The notes: generated by a model from the sequence alone, not told the origin. Positions 11,721-21,592 are shown, counted from the first letter of the stretch. The stretch is 64,000 bases of DNA from Thermodesulfobacteriota bacterium (GCA_965202785.1 OZ241855.1:160001-224000), one strand, 5' to 3'. Made by a program: numbers and translations.

Positions 11721-13305
11721 CTCTAGAACCGTTGAGATATACGACGTGACCCTGCGCGATGGAACCCAGGGGGAAAACATATCCTTTTCCATACACGACA
11801 AGATCCGGATAACGCAGAGACTGGACGACCTCGGGGTGCATTACATCGAGGGCGGATGGCCCGGCTCCAACGAGAGGGACAAGGGGTATTTTGAGGAAGC
11901 TAAGAAACTGGGGCTTAAAAACGCGAGCGTCGCGGCTTTCGGAAGCACAAGACGCGCGAGGAAAAGCTGCGAGGAAGACGCGAGCATACAGGCGCTTTTG
12001 CAGGCTGAAACCCCGGTCGTGACGATTGTCGGGAAAAGCTGGGACTTCCAGGTCACAGAAGCTCTCAAAATAGAGCTTGAAGAGAACCTCGAGCTAGTAC
12101 ACGACTCGATCGAGTACCTGAAACGCCACGTGGACAAGGTGTTTTTCGACGCCGAGCATTTCTTTGACGGCTGGAAGAGAAATTCCGAGTACTCGGCGAA
12201 GGTTCTTGAAACCGCCTACGGAGCGGGGGTCGACACGGTCGTTCTCTGCGACACAAACGGCGGCTCCATGCCCTGGGACGTCGAGGGCGCCGTAAGGGAA
12301 GTTAACGGCATGTTTGATAACCCGAGCCTCGGAATACACACCCATAACGACAGTGAAGTCGGAGTCGCTAACACGCTTTACGCGGTAAGGGGAGGAGCGT
12401 CCCAGGTCCAGGGAACCATGAACGGCTACGGGGAGCGGTGCGGAAACGCCAATCTCTGCGCCATAATACCGAATATCGCCTTAAAGCTCGGGATGGATTC
12501 CATTTCCCAAGAAAACCTGAAAAAACTTTATTCGGTGTCCCATTTCATTCACGAGCTCACAAACCTTCCGCCTCTCAAGAAACAGGCCTTTGTCGGCGAG
12601 AGCGCCTTCGCCCACAAAGGGGGAATTCACGTAAGCGCCGTAATGAAGAATTCAGACACCTACGAGCACGTAGAGCCCCGCAGCGTCGGCAACAGGAGGC
12701 GGGTGCTGGTGTCTGACCTCTCCGGCCGGGCCAACATAGCCTACAAGGCCCAGGAACTGGGAGTGGAAATAGACCCCAAGGACGAAAGAATCCTGGACAT
12801 ACTGAACGAGCTAAAGGTTCTCGAGAACCAGGGTTACGAATTCGAGGGGGCGGACGCGTCCTTTGAACTGCTGGTGAGAAAAACCCTGGGCACCTATAAA
12901 AAGCGGTTTTATCTCAAGAACACCCGGACGCTGGTGGAAAAGCGGGAAGGAGACGAGGAGCCGCTCTCGGAGGCCACCGCGGAGGTCCAGGTAAACGGCG
13001 TCACGGACTACACGGTGTCAAGGGGGAACGGTCCCGTAAACGCGATAGACGGGGCGCTTCGGAAATCGCTTGAGAAATTCTTCCCGAGTCTTAAGACCCT
13101 GCGGCTGCTGGATTACAGGGTAAGAGTGGTGTCAAGGTCGGGCGGCACCGATTCCGTGGTAAGGGTGCTTGTGGAATCGGGAGACGGCGAGAAGACGTGG
13201 AGCACGGTGGGGGTTTCCGACAACATAGTGGAAGCGAGCTGGAAGGCTCTTGTCGACAGCATAGACTACAAGATATTAAAGGACGAGCTCGACGCCCGAG
13301 ATTAG
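11713..13305 (+). CDS. cimA: Citramalate synthase (LeuA-like)
   Basis: YDVTLRDG.QGE, IEGGWPGSN, FDAEHFFDG, GYGERCGNANL, AFAHKGGIH; conserved position after lysC. Confidence 0.9.
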   Translation: MSNSRTVEIYDVTLRDGTQGENISFSIHDKIRITQRLDDLGVHYIEGGWPGSNERDKGYFEEAKKLGLKNASVAAFGSTRRARKSCEEDASIQALLQAETPVVTIVGKSWDFQVTEALKIELEENLELVHDSIEYLKRHVDKVFFDAEHFFDGWKRNSEYSAKVLETAYGAGVDTVVLCDTNGGSMPWDVEGAVREVNGMFDNPSLGIHTHNDSEVGVANTLYAVRGGASQVQGTMNGYGERCGNANLCAIIPNIALKLGMDSISQENLKKLYSVSHFIHELTNLPPLKKQAFVGESAFAHKGGIHVSAVMKNSDTYEHVEPRSVGNRRRVLVSDLSGRANIAYKAQELGVEIDPKDERILDILNELKVLENQGYEFEGADASFELLVRKTLGTYKKRFYLKNTRTLVEKREGDEEPLSEATAEVQVNGVTDYTVSRGNGPVNAIDGALRKSLEKFFPSLKTLRLLDYRVRVVSRSGGTDSVVRVLVESGDGEKTWSTVGVSDNIVEASWKALVDSIDYKILKDELDARD

Positions 13306-14264
13306 CCCTGCGCCCGTTTAGCGCTCCCTCTTTTTATTACAGCCCCAAGATGTTTGCGGTTTCTTTCCCTGGCAAGTCTCATCTGCTTCTGCCTTTCCTC
13401 AAGCGATGAAATCCTCTCGGGAGTAAGCTTTGCGTGGCAGCGGGGACAAGATATCCCCTCGCGGAATCCCTCGGATTCCCTGTCCTCCGGAGATACGGGC
13501 GCCCTGCAGTTCCTGCACGTACTCCATATTCCCCTAGAAAGGTCGTGGCCGACAGAGGTGCGGTCATCGAACACGAAACACTCCCCTTCCCAGAGGCTCT
13601 GCTCGCGCGGAACCCGCTCGAGGTAGGAAAGCACCCCTCCTTCAAGCTGATACACGCGCTGAAACCCCCTCTCAAGAAGATAGGATGTCGCTTTCTCGCA
13701 CCTTATCCCGCCCGTACAGAACATCGCAACTTCCTTGTGCTCCGCGGGGTCGAGGTTTTCTCTCACGTATTCGGGAAACTCCCTGAAGTGCCCCGTCTCG
13801 GGATTCACTGCGCCCCTGAAGGTTCCAACACGGTTCTCATAATCGTTCCTCGTGTCTATAACAAGCACGTCGGGGCGGCTTATAAGCTCGTTCCACTGCT
13901 CGGGCGGTACGCGCTGCCCCGAGAGGCGCTGCGGCTTTATGCCGCTTACACCCATGGGGACCAGCTCCTTTTTAAATTTCACCTTGAGCCTGTGAAAGGG
14001 GCTTTTCTCGTTGTAACTGAGCTTGTACTGCGCGCCCGAGAGCCTCGCGTCGCTCTCAAGACAGGCAATGAGCCCCTCTACGCCCTCACGGGGACCCGCC
14101 ACGGTGGCGTTTATTCCCTCAGAAGCGAGAATGAAGGTGCCGTTTATGCCGTTTTCCCCGCAAAACGAGAGCAGGGAGTTCTTTATTTCCAAGAGGTCGT
14201 CAAGATCAACGAACTTGTAGAAGGAGAGTACCGCGACGCCTTGGCTTTCGGGCCGCTTACTCAT
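13302..14264 (-). CDS. trhO: Rhodanese-related tRNA uridine(34) hydroxylase (UPF0176)
   Basis: EGINAT, DTRNDYE..GTF, MFCTGGIRCEKA and GECFVFDDR motifs. Confidence 0.88.
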   Translation of the reverse strand: MSKRPESQGVAVLSFYKFVDLDDLLEIKNSLLSFCGENGINGTFILASEGINATVAGPREGVEGLIACLESDARLSGAQYKLSYNEKSPFHRLKVKFKKELVPMGVSGIKPQRLSGQRVPPEQWNELISRPDVLVIDTRNDYENRVGTFRGAVNPETGHFREFPEYVRENLDPAEHKEVAMFCTGGIRCEKATSYLLERGFQRVYQLEGGVLSYLERVPREQSLWEGECFVFDDRTSVGHDLSRGIWSTCRNCRAPVSPEDRESEGFREGISCPRCHAKLTPERISSLEERQKQMRLARERNRKHLGAVIKRGSAKRAQG

Positions 14265-15120
14265 CCGCCCCTACCCCGCTCAGGCTCTCCCACATTGAGA
14301 GGTAAGCCAGAAGATGCCGGCGCCTTTCGGGACTCTCGGCCTCTTGTTTTATCATATCGCGAAGCAGGCGCTGTTCCTCTGTGTAGCGCTCCGAATCGAG
14401 GTGTCCTATCGAGCGGGCCATCCTGAGCCACAGAAGATAGGTAGTGAGAGCGTCGCACTCGTTATAAGCGACTATCTCGTCAAGTCTTCCTTCAAGCCAC
14501 ATTGGAGCGACCTGCTTCCCGTCTACTCCCTCCATCTTGCCCGGGATTCCGCTTACGACCGATATTTCGTGAAGAGACGGGGTGCCCTTCCCCCAGGCAC
14601 TCACGCAGCGCATCAGATCGACGTTCCAGTCGCTTCCGCGGGCGAAAAAATCGGCTCCTTCCCAAGGCCTGTTGGGCCTCTGGGTGAAAAAACCGCCCCC
14701 GAGCCCGTGCTTGATCATTCTCTGGGCAAGAATCGGTATGTCGGAACCCGAGGAGTTGTACCCCACAAGCTGCGGGCGGTGCTTGTCGAGAATCCTGAAA
14801 AACTCTTCTATGATTCTTCTCTCCGAGCAATCCTCTTCAGAAGTCGGAATCGACGGAATCGAGTGAAGCTTGAGTCTTGAGACCGTTCCGCCTTTTTCTT
14901 CCTCCCGGAATACCATCGAGATGGAAACTATTTTCGAGAGGACCGTCTTGAGAAACGGCATCGGCTCTTCCTCGGTCGCCCCGCCCTGCTGCCACATGAA
15001 CTCGATCACCTCGCGATCGGGCATATCCCCCGGAAGTCCGTACGCGGCCTTTCCCGACTCGGGGTCGGGAACCCATTCTATGTCGAAGGCAAGAACCCGG
15101 GATTTTACTTCTCTGAACAT
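14257..15120 (-). CDS. PolB-like 3'-5' exonuclease family protein
   Basis: ExoI FDIE, ExoII GYNS.G.DIP and ExoIII YNECD motifs; GIPGK..VDG.QV. Confidence 0.85.
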   Translation of the reverse strand: MFREVKSRVLAFDIEWVPDPESGKAAYGLPGDMPDREVIEFMWQQGGATEEEPMPFLKTVLSKIVSISMVFREEEKGGTVSRLKLHSIPSIPTSEEDCSERRIIEEFFRILDKHRPQLVGYNSSGSDIPILAQRMIKHGLGGGFFTQRPNRPWEGADFFARGSDWNVDLMRCVSAWGKGTPSLHEISVVSGIPGKMEGVDGKQVAPMWLEGRLDEIVAYNECDALTTYLLWLRMARSIGHLDSERYTEEQRLLRDMIKQEAESPERRRHLLAYLSMWESLSGVGADE

Positions 15121-15129
15121 CCGCCGCGG

Positions 15130-15684
15130 TCAGCTCCTTATGTAGGTGCGCATGAAAAGTATTATCGCGAAAAGGGTCGGGACAAGCAAAAACGCCTGGG
15201 AGACAAGTATTCCCCTAAGCCTTGTTATCTCGAACCCCCGTTCAACAACCAGGGTGTAGCGGGGTGTCTGCGAAGCGGCGCTTGAGAAAGACTCGATCAC
15301 GTAACCTGTCGGCCCGGGGTTTTCAAACTCGAATATCTTCACTCCCCTCCTTCCCATGTAGCTGTATCTTTTCTGAGAATCAGGCACCTTGAGTTCCACG
15401 TTTTGCGCATTGGAAGCTTTTCTCAGGTAAACAACTATCGAGCCCTGCTCAGCGGAGTCCCCGCCTGTCTTTCCTTCGTCGAAAGCGCTTTCATACTGGT
15501 GGTAGATTGAATAAAGCCCCTTTTTCTCAAGCCGGATTGAGTGGCTTCCCGGAAAAGCGTATTCGCTAAGCGTCGCGCCGAGACCGGTAAAGCTTTTCAC
15601 TACGTTATAAAAGAAAAGTCCCCCTCCGAGCAGAAACAGCACTATGCAGAAAATGTAGATTCTCTTTCTTTTCCTGTCTTCCAT
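15130..15684 (-). CDS. Hypothetical membrane protein (N- and C-terminal TM helices)
   Basis: 184-aa ORF co-oriented with downstream genes; two hydrophobic segments. Confidence 0.65.
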   Translation of the reverse strand: MEDRKRKRIYIFCIVLFLLGGGLFFYNVVKSFTGLGATLSEYAFPGSHSIRLEKKGLYSIYHQYESAFDEGKTGGDSAEQGSIVVYLRKASNAQNVELKVPDSQKRYSYMGRRGVKIFEFENPGPTGYVIESFSSAASQTPRYTLVVERGFEITRLRGILVSQAFLLVPTLFAIILFMRTYIRS

Positions 15685-15872
15685 TTATTTTATACCTGCT
15701 TAAGAATCCGCTTCGCGCGGATTTGAGATGCACGTAATTATACTGCGAAAAATCCTGAGAACCACTACTCCTAACCCAGAATTTTCCTTCTCCGGGAAAA
15801 ATTCTGTTTGACAAAGCAATATAGTTCCGGGATAATCCCGCGGATATTAAATTTCTAGAGGTAGGTATTATA

Positions 15873-16073
15873 ATGCAGGGAACTGTAAAATGGTTTAATA
15901 GCTCCAAAGGCTATGGATTTATAACATCCAACGAAGTGCAGGATGATATTTTTGTTCATTACACCGCTATTGAGGGCGAGGGTTACAAGACTCTCAATGA
16001 GGGTGACGAAGTAAGCTTTGAGATCACTCAAGGCAAGAAAGGACCCACCGCAACAAACGTTGTGCCTGTCTAA
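15873..16073 (+). CDS. csp: Cold-shock protein (copy 1)
   Basis: GTVKWFN..KGYGFI and FVHY RNP motifs. Confidence 0.96.
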   Translation: MQGTVKWFNSSKGYGFITSNEVQDDIFVHYTAIEGEGYKTLNEGDEVSFEITQGKKGPTATNVVPV

Positions 16074-16249
16074 GAATTCGCTTTGCGCGGATTTGAGATC
16101 CACGCAGGTATACAGCGAAACACTTTGAGAACTACTGTATGTTTTCCTCCGCATCCAGAATTTTCTGGAAACGGGGGAAATACAGTTTGACAAAGCAATA
16201 CAGGTGTGGAATAATCCCGCAAATATTAATTTAGAGGTAGGTATTATAA

Positions 16250-16453
16250 ATGCAGGGAACTGTAAAATGGTTTAATAGCTCCAAAGGCTATGGATTTATA
16301 ACATCCGACGAAGTGCAGGATGATGTTTTTGTTCATTACACCGCTATTGAGGGCGAGGGTTACAAGACTCTCAATGAGGGTGACGAAGTAAGCTTTGAGA
16401 TCGTTCAAGGTAAAAAAGGACCCACCGCAACAAACGTAATAAAGACTTCCTAA
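16250..16453 (+). CDS. csp: Cold-shock protein (copy 2)
   Basis: Near-identical to copy 1. Confidence 0.96.
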   Translation: MQGTVKWFNSSKGYGFITSDEVQDDVFVHYTAIEGEGYKTLNEGDEVSFEIVQGKKGPTATNVIKTS

Positions 16454-16600
16454 GGGAATTCAGAATCCGGTTATTTTGGTTCCCAGGGAAATTCCCGCTC
16501 CTCAAACTGACGGGAAAGTTGCGTTTGCGGTTTGAAAATACGCAAATCATGTACTAACTTTAGTGTCTGAACATTTTAGATCGCAAGGAAGGTATTTAAG

Positions 16601-17749
16601 ATGGATTTGAGCAACCAGGAGATAACAAGGTACAGCAGGCACCTCATAATGCCCGAAGTCGGCATTGAGGGACAGAAGAAACTCAAGAACTCAAGGGTCC
16701 TCTGTATCGGCGCCGGAGGGCTCGGGTCTCCGCTTGCTCTCTACCTCGCGGCCGCGGGGGTAGGCACCCTGGGAATACTGGACTTCGACGTTGTGGATTT
16801 CAGCAACCTGCAAAGGCAGGTGATCCACAGCGAGAAAACCGTTGGCACTCCCAAGGTGGAATCCGCAAGGGACCGTCTCCTGGAGCTTAACTCCGATACC
16901 AATATCGTTACCTATAACGAGATGCTGAATTCGGACAACGCCATGGACATAATGAAAGACTACGACGTTGTCGTTGACGGAACGGACAATTTCGCCACGA
17001 GGTATCTCACAAACGACGCCTGCGTTTTCCTGGGAATTCCTAACGTCTACGGAAGCATCTTCAGGTTTGAAGGCCAGGTAAGCGTGTTCGACGCTAAAAG
17101 AGGCCCCTGCTACAGGTGTCTCTATCCGGAGCCCCCTCCCCCGGGACTCGTGCCTAGTTGCGCCGAAGGAGGAGTGCTGGGAATACTGCCCGGAGTTGTG
17201 GGAACCATACAGGCGTCCGAGGTCGTAAAGCTCATAATCGGCGAAGGAACGCCGCTTATAGGAAGGCTTCTTTTCATTGACGTCCTCGAAATGGAGCCGA
17301 GGATACTCAAGCTCAGAAAAGATCCCGACTGCCCCGTCTGCGGCGAGAACGCAACCGTGACCGAACTCATAGACTACCAGGAGTTCTGCGGCATCGGCCG
17401 AGGCGAAGAGCCTGAAGAGGAAAAACCCAAGGTCGAGGAGATAACCGTTGAGGAATTCAGCACTATCAAGGAAAACAAGGCCGACTTCGTTCTGATCGAC
17501 GTGAGGGAGCCCCATGAGTACGAAATATGCAGCCTAGAAGGATCAAGGCTCATTCCCCTGGGCGAACTCAAGGACAGAACGGACGAACTTGACCCCAAGG
17601 ACGACATAGTCGTTCACTGCCACCACGGCGGGAGAAGCATGAAGGCTGCGACTTTCCTTGTCGAGCAGGGTTTCAGCAAGGTTAAGAACCTCAAGGGCGG
17701 CATAGACGAGTGGGCTGAGAAGTACGACTCGGAAATGGCCAGGTACTGA
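16601..17749 (+). CDS. moeB: Molybdopterin-synthase adenylyltransferase with C-terminal rhodanese (MoeB/MoeZ)
   Basis: RYSRHL, GAGGLGS, SNLQRQ, PCYRCL and SCAEGGVLG motifs; rhodanese CHHGGRS. Confidence 0.93.
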   Translation: MDLSNQEITRYSRHLIMPEVGIEGQKKLKNSRVLCIGAGGLGSPLALYLAAAGVGTLGILDFDVVDFSNLQRQVIHSEKTVGTPKVESARDRLLELNSDTNIVTYNEMLNSDNAMDIMKDYDVVVDGTDNFATRYLTNDACVFLGIPNVYGSIFRFEGQVSVFDAKRGPCYRCLYPEPPPPGLVPSCAEGGVLGILPGVVGTIQASEVVKLIIGEGTPLIGRLLFIDVLEMEPRILKLRKDPDCPVCGENATVTELIDYQEFCGIGRGEEPEEEKPKVEEITVEEFSTIKENKADFVLIDVREPHEYEICSLEGSRLIPLGELKDRTDELDPKDDIVVHCHHGGRSMKAATFLVEQGFSKVKNLKGGIDEWAEKYDSEMARY

Positions 17750-17790
17750 GAATCAGGGGTTTCAGGGAGAGGGAGAAAAACTCTTTTTCC

Positions 17791-17874
17791 TGGGCGGAGA
17801 GGGAATCGAACCCTCACGGGCCAAAGCCCAACGGCTTTTGAGGCCGTCGCGTCTACCTATTCCGCCACCCGCCC
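17791..17874 (-). tRNA. tRNA-Leu(CAA), CCA not encoded
   Basis: GGGCGGGTGGCGGAATAGGTAGACGCG-ACGGC CTCAAAA GCCGT; long variable arm; GGTTCGATTCC. Confidence 0.93.
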
Positions 17875-17923
17875 TTAAGATAGGGGACTATTATTCTCGC
17901 TAAACCCGGAGAAATCAACAGGA

Positions 17924-18460
17924 TCACTCCCCGAGAAAATAAAACCCGAACGCCGCTATCACTATGCAGTGATCTATGGTGCCTTTCCTTATGTATCGTT
18001 TTATTTCCTGCGGAGAGACAAGCAGGGTTTCTATGTCTTCTGTAGTGTCAAAAGACGGTTCCGACGTCCGCTCACAGTCAGATGCGAGGAAGGTATAGCA
18101 GGAGTTTGACATGAATGCAGGGTTCGGCCTGACGCACCCTATCTGCTCCCACCTAGTGGAGCTAAATCCCGTTTCCTCAAGCAGTTCCCTTCGCGCGCAC
18201 TGAACGGGACTTTCTCCCGGGTCGATCATTCCGCCCGGAATCTCAAGCGTGATCTCCCCGGTGCCGTGTCGGAACTGTTTTATCAAAATGATTTCACCAG
18301 AGGTCGTAACGGGGATAATGTTAACCCAGTCGGGAGCGTCCATCACGTAGAAGTCGTGGACGGCGCCGTCTTCGGGCGAGACGGCGCTTTTCTTTCTCGT
18401 CGAGAAAATCCTGTAGTCGTTAAGCGGAGTGCTTTTTTTAAGCTTCCATTTTTTCGGCAT
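17924..18460 (-). CDS. NUDIX hydrolase (ADP-ribose pyrophosphatase-like)
   Basis: Nudix box GMIDPGESPVQCARRELLEETG. Confidence 0.92.
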   Translation of the reverse strand: MPKKWKLKKSTPLNDYRIFSTRKKSAVSPEDGAVHDFYVMDAPDWVNIIPVTTSGEIILIKQFRHGTGEITLEIPGGMIDPGESPVQCARRELLEETGFSSTRWEQIGCVRPNPAFMSNSCYTFLASDCERTSEPSFDTTEDIETLLVSPQEIKRYIRKGTIDHCIVIAAFGFYFLGE

Positions 18461-18585
18461 TTCTGTATTTTAATAAACCCGATTCTCTTGTTAAACTAGA
18501 AAGAGTTTCTCACAAACTGCGGGAAATTGTTTATAGAACTCCTGAAAAAACAACAGTTTCGCAACGTCGTCAGAATAAAATACAC

Positions 18586-18677
18586 GGAGAGATGACCGAG
18601 TGGCCGAAGGTGCACGCCTGGAAAGCGTGTAGGGGGTTTACGCTCCCTCGTGGGTTCGAATCCCACTCTCTCCGCCA
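18586..18677 (+). tRNA. tRNA-Ser(GGA)
   Basis: GGAGAGATGACCGAGTGGCCGAAGGTG-CACGC CTGGAAA GCGTG...GGTTCGAATCCCACTCTCTCCGCCA. Confidence 0.96.
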
Positions 18678-18862
18678 TTCTTTATTTATAACTCCCTGAA
18701 AATAAAACATTTCTGAAGAGTTCAAGAACAATACTCTTTATGTGTTCATACGCCGCAGCTTCGGATTCTTGGTGAAGCTGGCTCTCTCTTGTACGCTTTA
18801 CCACATTACAAGTATAAAAACACCAAAAATTACTAGGTTTCGCAGGTTGGAGAGATAAAACA

Positions 18863-19585
18863 ATGAGTACACGCAAAAAAACAACGGATGAGATTAAATG
18901 GGTAGAAAAGACTTTTGAAGAAATAAAGGATGTGGTACGGCTACTGATGAATGCCGCGCAAACCCACAAACGTGCGTCAGTTTTGTGTATGGAGAAAGCT
19001 CGCGCCAATCGTTTTACTAATCCCGAGCGTTTTAATGTTGTAGATTACTTACTTCTTTCCGCTGTTTCTTTCGAACTGATTTTTGTATCGGTGGAACAAT
19101 CTCTACGTCTTCTTTTTCTTCTTCTCTTTCGCATTTTTCCCAGAAACCCTGATCATGACCTGCACACCCTTTACAAAGAATTGCAGGACAGGGATACAGG
19201 TGAGGAAGGGATATCTAGAGATATAATTCAAGAAATCAACGGTTTTGGTCAAACCAAAAACATAAGACCAGTTTCTGAGGATGAGTTAATAGCTTGTCTC
19301 AAAAGACACGGTTCCTCGTATATGGACTTTAAATACTTCCACGTGGACACAAAAGGAAAGTCGAATCGGAATAAGAGTTCCGTACTTTCAGACCGCGATC
19401 TAGATATTTTCCTTTGCTTTGCGTCGGCGTTGATTTGCCTGAATATAGAGGAGATGGAAAAGCGCGGCTTCGGTTTTCCGTTTATATGGCCAGTACCTGA
19501 ATCGGAAATGACAGAACGGTTGAAAGCCTTAAAAGAACGTGCCGATAATGCGTACTATATCTCAGCCATTTTTCACGATAAATAA
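18863..19585 (+). CDS. Hypothetical protein, HEPN-like helical domain suspected
   Basis: AT-rich ORF with RBS; SVEQSLRLL...HDLHTLYKEL...F(K)Y pattern resembles HEPN families. Not verified. Confidence 0.55.
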   Translation: MSTRKKTTDEIKWVEKTFEEIKDVVRLLMNAAQTHKRASVLCMEKARANRFTNPERFNVVDYLLLSAVSFELIFVSVEQSLRLLFLLLFRIFPRNPDHDLHTLYKELQDRDTGEEGISRDIIQEINGFGQTKNIRPVSEDELIACLKRHGSSYMDFKYFHVDTKGKSNRNKSSVLSDRDLDIFLCFASALICLNIEEMEKRGFGFPFIWPVPESEMTERLKALKERADNAYYISAIFHDK

Positions 19586-19646
19586 AAACCGTGCTATGTC
19601 AACGGGGACTTTCTCCACCAAGGATGCTTTAGGAAACAAAATCATG

Positions 19647-20711
19647 TTATAAATCGTCTTGCGAAACAGGAGCCCAGATCTGCCTAAGTGGGAGTTTAGC
19701 ACGTATGTACTCAGGTAATTCAGCGTAGTTTTTGAAAAGCGCTTTCAGCAGATCATCCATCTGCCACAGGCGGAGTTTGAAAAAATCGTCGTCAAGGTCC
19801 TTCCGTGCGGCCTTGTTCACGCCACCAATACTTACAAGCAATCCCGTCTGTGCCCCACTTTGAGAAACAGAACCTATAAGCTTGAGCACCACGTCACGAT
19901 TGGCTTCACCATCACTTGATTTGACTTGAACACAGATACGATCCTCACCAAGGCCGAGAGTGCCTCCAGCGGCAAGGATATCGACTCCTCCGTCTGGTCC
20001 CGGAGGTGAAACTTTTGTCGTGTAGCCCTCAGTTTCGAGTATTTCCGCTACCAATTTGGCCAAGTCATGACCGGCAAATTGAGATTTGATCAACGAGACA
20101 ATCTGCTGATTAGCTACTTCTTCAATATCAACTTCGTAGTCTTCAACATCTGATTCATCATCTACAATCTGAGTAGGAATAAGTCCTGGTTTGTTAAGAA
20201 GCGGACCTGGATCTTTTCCAGTTTCAAGAACCGCTAGTACGCGGTCAATAGCCCTGTTTCGTTTGATTTCGCAGACCGTCATAAATGCCCCGAATGAGTG
20301 ACGCAAGTCCTGCTTGAAATTATCGCGAGGTACGGATTCCTTATGCCATTTGATGGAACGCGAGTTGGGAAAAATATCATTAGGGTCATCAATATAGTTG
20401 TAATCTCCGGTCACCTCACCAATTGCAATACCATCGGTAAGCTTGCGGGGCATAACTACTAAGTCACCTATCTGAATAATATTCACAAACCGGTGAAGTT
20501 GCGAAGCGTAATTTGCAATCCGATTCTTACTACTACCGGGAAATATCTCTTCAAGTCGCCTAACAATCTCACTGCGATCTTTATTACTTAGGTCTCCGAT
20601 TTCACTCCAGCCGATTAGTGCTTTGTTTTGCTCAAGAGCATCTAATTCACGTTCTCCTCGACTCCCAGAGCGAATAAGCCAAAGCCTTGGTTCTTTCTGC
20701 TCTATAGCCAC
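19647..20711 (-). CDS. Mrr-family (type IV) restriction endonuclease with N-terminal recognition domain
   Basis: GPDGGVDILA...ICVQVK PD-(D/E)xK variant; N-terminal WLIRSG...IGW...GDLVVMP. Start set at GTG 20711 after GGAGG. Confidence 0.85.
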   Translation of the reverse strand: MAIEQKEPRLWLIRSGSRGERELDALEQNKALIGWSEIGDLSNKDRSEIVRRLEEIFPGSSKNRIANYASQLHRFVNIIQIGDLVVMPRKLTDGIAIGEVTGDYNYIDDPNDIFPNSRSIKWHKESVPRDNFKQDLRHSFGAFMTVCEIKRNRAIDRVLAVLETGKDPGPLLNKPGLIPTQIVDDESDVEDYEVDIEEVANQQIVSLIKSQFAGHDLAKLVAEILETEGYTTKVSPPGPDGGVDILAAGGTLGLGEDRICVQVKSSDGEANRDVVLKLIGSVSQSGAQTGLLVSIGGVNKAARKDLDDDFFKLRLWQMDDLLKALFKNYAELPEYIRAKLPLRQIWAPVSQDDL

Positions 20712-20966
20712 TTTATTTTCTCCAACCTCCTCTGTTGATCTCATACAAGCTTTGACAAAACTGTATCTGGGTAAACGATTATTCCAGACTTTGTAAAGCT
20801 TCCGTGTCCTACGTACCAATTACAAACTCAGGAAACGTATAGCAATCAATCTCAATTACTAATTATAGGGATAATGTATAGTTCTAGTTATACGGAGTAG
20901 ACGTAAACGGCACCACCCCGAAGGTTTACATCAGTCAAGATAGCAATACTAACCAAAATTCTAAGC

Positions 20967-21323
20967 TTACTTATTTATAAGTTCTATCTTGTCTTCAAGA
21001 TTCGGCACAAGACACAGGAACTCAAAAGGTTCGTCACCCTCAACTTCATACCAGTGAGGAATCCCGGCAGGAATAAAGACTACATCATCCTTCTCGACGT
21101 TATACACATCATCTCCGATTCCAATTTTTGCCCTGCCACCAAGAACATACTGCTCATGCTCAACGGCGTTGGTATGAGCGGGGATATCGCCTCCAGGCTG
21201 CATAACAAACTTTCTCATCGCGAAGTTCGGACCTTCCTCCGGACTGATGAGAACCTGCCTTGAAGTACCCTGACCTGCTCCGATAATCGTACTCTCTACG
21301 TCTTTAACCTTTTTTACGTACAT
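20967..21323 (-). CDS. Cupin domain protein (paralog 1)
   Basis: PAHTN.VEHEQYVL.G and FIPAG.PHWY metal-binding cupin motifs. Confidence 0.9.
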   Translation of the reverse strand: MYVKKVKDVESTIIGAGQGTSRQVLISPEEGPNFAMRKFVMQPGGDIPAHTNAVEHEQYVLGGRAKIGIGDDVYNVEKDDVVFIPAGIPHWYEVEGDEPFEFLCLVPNLEDKIELINK

Positions 21324-21529
21324 ATTTAAAATGTAACACAGAAAAGATGGATTGTTCTATAGATATTTAAGGGGACTATATACAATGTTACCCAGAACCT
21401 CTTGACTTCTTTTGTATGGGATAAAGGGTCTTGACCAACCGGGGCACAAGGCTTTGTGCTTTTCAGAGTAAGAACTTTCTTCCGAATCCTTGACCTTTTC
21501 TCTTGATTGTTCATGGGAGGTGAGATCTG

Positions 21530-21559
21530 TTGAAGTTCTGTCCGCAATCGTGCTATAAT
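21530..21559 (+). promoter_or_regulatory. Sigma70-like promoter
   Basis: TTGAAG-N18-TATAAT with extended -10 TGC; GAGGAG RBS downstream. Confidence 0.6.
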
Positions 21560-21592
21560 AAGGCTCGCTTGAGAACTGAGGAGGAGAGAATT

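Larger units (their letters stand above)
15701..16453 (+). repeat. Tandem duplication (about 370-380 bp units) of promoter plus cold-shock gene
   Basis: Unit 1 starts TAAGAATCCGCTTCGCGCGGATTTGAGATGCAC at 15701; unit 2 starts TAAGAATTCGCTTTGCGCGGATTTGAGATCCAC at 16071. Both carry TTGACA-N17-(G/A)ATAAT. Confidence 0.9.

Noticed and set aside
18496-18678. 60-aa ORF MAERVGFEPT..., and the 61-aa ORF at 47571-47756
   Set aside because: Translations of tRNA genes.
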